DNA of 30,079 nucleotides from a virus (taxonomy: Duplodnaviria; Caudoviricetes), in IMG/VR virus record IMGVR_UViG_3300005645_000004, positions 1-30,079 of that record; one strand, written 5' to 3'. Shown here piece by piece: positions 26,679 to 30,079 of this stretch; position 1 is the stretch's first letter, and the number at the start of each line of letters is the position of its first letter. The translations under genes were made by a program, and so were the position numbers. Under the pieces are notes generated by a model. That model ran no database searches, was not told where the DNA came from, and was given only the letters and a program-made list of their open reading frames with translations.

Positions 26679-26700
26679 GCTCTGCGACCTTAATCAGAGC
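26679..26700 (-). promoter_or_regulatory. Conserved-loop hairpin, copy 4 (loop AUUAAGGUCG)
   Basis: GCTCTG-ATTAAGGTCG-CAGAGC, 14 nt upstream of ATG 26664. Confidence 0.72.
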
Positions 26701-26706
26701 TGTTTA

Positions 26707-27006
26707 TTATTCTGAAGCTTGTAATTCTTTGATTTTTTGATAGGCATCTTCTTTGGCTTTTATTCTTTTTTCTACTTGTGAAAGAATTGATCTGTAAGCA
26801 TTAATAGACGCCCTGCCTTCGGGCATTTCTTCCTTGGAGCATTTATCTTTTGTCAGAAGATCCTCGGTATTTTTCTCAATTTGTTTTTTTATCCATCTTT
26901 CCAATATCTTCCAGCCTTCAATCATAGTCATTTCCTCTATGGCCTGACCCTTCTCAATTATCTTTTCGTAATCTTTAATTTGTTCTTCTTTTGGTTTTCC
27001 AACCAT
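26707..27006 (-). CDS. Small coiled-coil protein following the portal (99 aa)
   Basis: Helical, EGWKILERWI motif; position typical of post-portal small genes in podoviruses. Confidence 0.7.
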   Translation of the reverse strand: MVGKPKEEQIKDYEKIIEKGQAIEEMTMIEGWKILERWIKKQIEKNTEDLLTKDKCSKEEMPEGRASINAYRSILSQVEKRIKAKEDAYQKIKELQASE

Positions 27007-27010
27007 AATT

Positions 27011-28867
27011 TTATTTAGAAATTAAAGGAATTGATTTTGGTAATTCCGACCCTTTAGCCGGCGGCAATTCTCCTTTCAAGGGAGCAGCCGGCGCTTCTGT
27101 TTTTTCTTTTGGAATAAGGGGTATTGATTTTGGCAGAATTCCGGCGATTCTACTCATAATTCCCGGCCTGCCTTCTGTTTCTCCGCCGCCTTCGCCTGCG
27201 GGCAGTTTCAGCTCCGGAGTCAGAATTTCCTCTTTATTCTCTATCTCAAAGGCATCCAAAAGCATTTCTTTCAATTTCTTTTGATTTACTTCGGGATCCT
27301 TGCCCAGCATTTTGACTACCGCCAAGACCTGTTCTCTTCGGTAAGCTTTGTTAATCAAGGGCCAGGGGTCGATTTCTACCTTAATATCCAAATTGCTCTT
27401 AATTTCCTCCGGCTTAATAGTCTTGAATTGATAACCTTTTTCTCCGGCGATTCTAATTGCTCTCTTTTTCTCGGCGTTGTATTCCTCCATCTGCAAAAGC
27501 ATCTTCACTATTCTCTTGATTCCCATTTCGCCGATTAATTTAATTTTCAGGGCAAATCTCTGGTTGGCTTCGTTGATTAAGGTCAGAATACCGCCATAGG
27601 TTTCAGAAAATCCTTTGGCCACCTGACCTCTGGTGAAGTCAGAAATGCCGGTGGTGTTTTGGGTATCCTGTTTGACAATATCTTCCTCTTGATAGCCCGA
27701 GGGAGATTCTGCACCGGCTTCAATTACTTCTACGTCCCCGGCTTTAGCGTGAATTATTCCCGATGGCTGCCAGACCAATTCGTTTTCATCAACTTCAGCG
27801 TCAGGATCAATCCGCCACATTTTATCTACTGTTTGTTCGGAAGAATCCATCCTTCTATTTCTGATGTGGTTTCTTTCATATTGAAGCCCTTCAATAGGCT
27901 CTATCTCGCCGATGGCCCAATATTCTTTGGGAACCGGTTGGTCTTTGATTTCAATAAAAGGGAACTCGCCGTCCAAATACCAATAAGGGTTGATATCTTC
28001 CCGGATAACTATATTGTCATTGGCTAAAACTATCAGCCTTCCTAGTGGATATTTTTTAGAAGAGCGGAAATAATGTTCTGAAATTTCCACCAGTTTTTCC
28101 GGCTCGGCCGACGCCCCCGAACCAATCCCACCCTCTGACGTAATAATTCTTCCCCTCTGCTTGTTGCTTAAATCGTGGATTCTCCATCTCTCGCCGGCGT
28201 AATTGTCTTCGGTTATCTTTCTGCCCTCGACATATTGAAGGTTTTTATAAACTCCTTCCCGGTTATCTTTTAATTCCTCCTCGGTTAAATAAAGCTTATG
28301 AATAACGTATTTGGCTTTTTTAATAGTTCCAGCGTCGGGATCGATAAAGAAGGAAAATTCATCTACGGTTTCAAATTCGGGATGGCTTTCAATAATTGTT
28401 TTGTATTTCCCCAGAATCAGCCTGCCCAAACCGCTTCTTCTCGGCACCTTTCTTTTTTCTTTCACCCACCTGCCCTTAATCGGAGAAGTGCCGTAAATAA
28501 AGCACTGCTTAAATAAATCGACCAGTTCGATGAACATCTCCATCTGCTCCCACCGATAGTCGATTAAAGTCTTGGCCGGCTCGATGAACTTCGCATCTTC
28601 TTTTTCTCTGGGCAGAACAACGATTTTTGGATGATTCAGAACTATCCTGGGAATTAAAGTTTCAATGGTGGAAAAAACAACCGGGATAAAAATGTTATTT
28701 CTAAATGGCCATTGTTTTTCTTCTTGAATATTTCGGTAAAGGAAGTAATACCTTAAAAGCTTGTCAAAGATCGGCTTTTGATAGGCTTTAGCCCTTTTAG
28801 AGGCGTCCTGAGCCAGCTTCCTGGCTTCGATCTCTTTCTTCGTTGGGTTGTATTCTTCAATAGGCAT
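27011..28867 (-). CDS. Portal protein (P22/SU10-like)
   Basis: 618 aa after terL; NNIFIPVVFSTIET, FFIDPDA, FPFIEI, GEIEPIEGLQYERNHIRNRRMD, TTGISDFTRG and ETYGGILTL motifs. Confidence 0.88.
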   Translation of the reverse strand: MPIEEYNPTKKEIEARKLAQDASKRAKAYQKPIFDKLLRYYFLYRNIQEEKQWPFRNNIFIPVVFSTIETLIPRIVLNHPKIVVLPREKEDAKFIEPAKTLIDYRWEQMEMFIELVDLFKQCFIYGTSPIKGRWVKEKRKVPRRSGLGRLILGKYKTIIESHPEFETVDEFSFFIDPDAGTIKKAKYVIHKLYLTEEELKDNREGVYKNLQYVEGRKITEDNYAGERWRIHDLSNKQRGRIITSEGGIGSGASAEPEKLVEISEHYFRSSKKYPLGRLIVLANDNIVIREDINPYWYLDGEFPFIEIKDQPVPKEYWAIGEIEPIEGLQYERNHIRNRRMDSSEQTVDKMWRIDPDAEVDENELVWQPSGIIHAKAGDVEVIEAGAESPSGYQEEDIVKQDTQNTTGISDFTRGQVAKGFSETYGGILTLINEANQRFALKIKLIGEMGIKRIVKMLLQMEEYNAEKKRAIRIAGEKGYQFKTIKPEEIKSNLDIKVEIDPWPLINKAYRREQVLAVVKMLGKDPEVNQKKLKEMLLDAFEIENKEEILTPELKLPAGEGGGETEGRPGIMSRIAGILPKSIPLIPKEKTEAPAAPLKGELPPAKGSELPKSIPLISK

Positions 28868-28870
28868 AAA

Positions 28871-28890
28871 GTTGACTCACGTTGACTCAC
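28871..28890. repeat. Perfect tandem 10-bp direct repeat (GTTGACTCAC)x2 in the terL-portal spacer
   Basis: Read directly from the sequence; fills 20 of the 27 nt between terL stop and portal ATG. Confidence 0.85.
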
Positions 28891-28894
28891 ATTG

Positions 28895-30079
28895 CTAATA
28901 AATTGGCTGATAAACCCCTTTTCTTAGTTTGTAGTTATAAAGGGGGTCCAACCTTGGGTCTCTCGGCCTCTTCCTGCTTTTCTCTCCGTCGCTTTGGTAT
29001 TTTAGAGACATTAACCCGTATCTAACGGCGTCAACCGAGTGATCGTCTTCTCCTATTAAATCTTCGGGGTGGTTTTTATTGAAAATCATCTGAGGAAGAG
29101 TTCTGATTAAATTGGGGCAGGTTTCCAGTATCTGCAGTTTGGCTGTCTGTTTTCCATTCGGGCCGGTATAAGGTTTCAAATAATCTCTGAATTTCGCCCA
29201 GCCGGCTGTCCTGTTGTTGTCTCCGGCAATGATATTTAATCCTTCTCTCTTCATCGCGTCGGCTCCGGCTTCTCCGGTCGCCCCCGACTTGGCGAAAATA
29301 GAAGGGTCAAATACGCAGTATTTTATGTTTTCATCGCCGGTGGTCAGAGCTTTTATTTTCTGGGCCAAATCCCGATGAATTAAACCCGCTTCGTAAAGTT
29401 CTCTATAAACGAATATCTGGCCGTCGGGATTTATAGCGCACCAATAGACGGCAGAAGGGGTGGAATAGCCGTAGTCTCCGCAGATAAATCTTTTCCATTC
29501 GGAAGTAATATTGAAAAAGGGGGAGATATGAATTTCTCTTCTGAACTCTTTAAAATACTGCCCGGCGAATAAGTCCCAGTTTCCTTCCACATAAGCTTTG
29601 CGCAGATCTTCGGGAAGGCTTTTTAATGATTCAAAATATGATTTATCTAAATAAGGGTTATCTTCAACTTTGGCTGGAATGAAGAAAAATTGGCCAGCCT
29701 CAGCTTCATTGGGGTCGAAAATTCTGTCTATCCATATTTTTTTAACCCAGTCGTGGCCGATTCCTCCGGGGTTGGTCCCGGCAATGAATTTTACGTCCTT
29801 AATCCCCGGCCACCTTAATCTTGTTCTTAAAAAATCAAAGGTCTCTCTTTTGTTTTTAGTGAGTTCGTCGAGGGCGATTGCCGCAAACTCGGCCGATTGA
29901 TATTTTGAAGGATCGTCTAAGTTCCTAAAACACAATACCCCGGAGCCGAATTCATCTGATAAAGTAAATTCGTGGTCTGCCGAGTTATACGTTCCCAACC
30001 AGGCAGGAAACTCATATTTTATCTTTGAAATCTGCCTGTCTTTCAGCGCCGGATAATCTTCGCAGAACATCCCCACCCG
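28895..30079 (-). CDS. terL: Terminase large subunit (5' end beyond the window)
   Basis: Frame open to the window edge; Walker B IALDELT, coupling motif GTNPGGIGHDWVK, nuclease motifs GDYGYSTPSA and DHSVDAVRYG; Walker A is not in the window. Confidence 0.93.
   Translation of the reverse strand, partial: RVGMFCEDYPALKDRQISKIKYEFPAWLGTYNSADHEFTLSDEFGSGVLCFRNLDDPSKYQSAEFAAIALDELTKNKRETFDFLRTRLRWPGIKDVKFIAGTNPGGIGHDWVKKIWIDRIFDPNEAEAGQFFFIPAKVEDNPYLDKSYFESLKSLPEDLRKAYVEGNWDLFAGQYFKEFRREIHISPFFNITSEWKRFICGDYGYSTPSAVYWCAINPDGQIFVYRELYEAGLIHRDLAQKIKALTTGDENIKYCVFDPSIFAKSGATGEAGADAMKREGLNIIAGDNNRTAGWAKFRDYLKPYTGPNGKQTAKLQILETCPNLIRTLPQMIFNKNHPEDLIGEDDHSVDAVRYGLMSLKYQSDGEKSRKRPRDPRLDPLYNYKLRKGVYQPIY

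Larger units (their letters stand above)
1394..30079 (-). mobile_element. Podovirus-like phage/prophage packaging, head, tail and ejection module
   Basis: Co-oriented, tightly packed terL-portal-scaffold-MCP-adaptor-nozzle-spike-ejection proteins-holin; no tail tube, sheath or baseplate genes seen. Boundaries not defined (no att or integrase visible). Confidence 0.92.

Noticed and set aside
12012-26700. Conserved-loop hairpins as ordinary terminators or Shine-Dalgarno sites
   Set aside because: No U-tract on the coding strand, a shared loop that terminators do not need, and the AAGG lies more than 20 nt from the start codon. Some could still terminate antisense transcription.
2031-29900. Remaining short plus-strand and nested ORFs in the track
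   Set aside because: They overlap well-supported minus-strand genes and show the Ser/Phe/Leu-rich composition of antisense shadows.
1394-30079. Alternative genetic code (TGA or TAG reassigned), since no phage gene here ends in TGA
   Set aside because: Very long ORFs are intact under the standard code with no in-frame TGA or TAG, and TAG ends four genes at sensible boundaries.

Overview
Almost the whole window (about 1.39-30.08 kb, all on the minus strand) is one virion-morphogenesis operon of a podovirus-type phage or prophage. In transcription order it encodes terminase large subunit (5' end beyond the window), portal, three small proteins, scaffold, major capsid protein, four small proteins, a 2080-aa fibre with about 85 tandem 14/12-aa repeats, adaptor, beta-propeller nozzle, tail spike, a small protein, a LysM ejection-like protein, a 2996-aa polyvalent ejection-like protein and a holin-like protein. 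The 2996-aa protein carries a DnaN (beta-clamp)-like unit, two RadC/JAB domains and a ComM C-terminal-like fragment. The left 1.2 kb is a separate, host-like unit: a leaderless promoter, a 51-aa leader ORF with an (AG)18 microsatellite that reads through an intrinsic terminator, a small membrane protein and a FISUMP-domain surface protein. A Patescibacteria/CPR-like host is inferred, not proven. Three non-coding signals stand out. (1) A microsatellite-tuned translational attenuator in which only one repeat length in three lets the ribosome cross the terminator. (2) A family of hairpins with unrelated stems but a conserved WUWAAGGUCG loop upstream of late-gene start codons. (3) A compact pseudoknot/switch-like RNA just after the capsid gene. 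No integrase, att site, endolysin, tRNA or CRISPR array was recognised. All domain calls are by eye from motifs; no database search was run.
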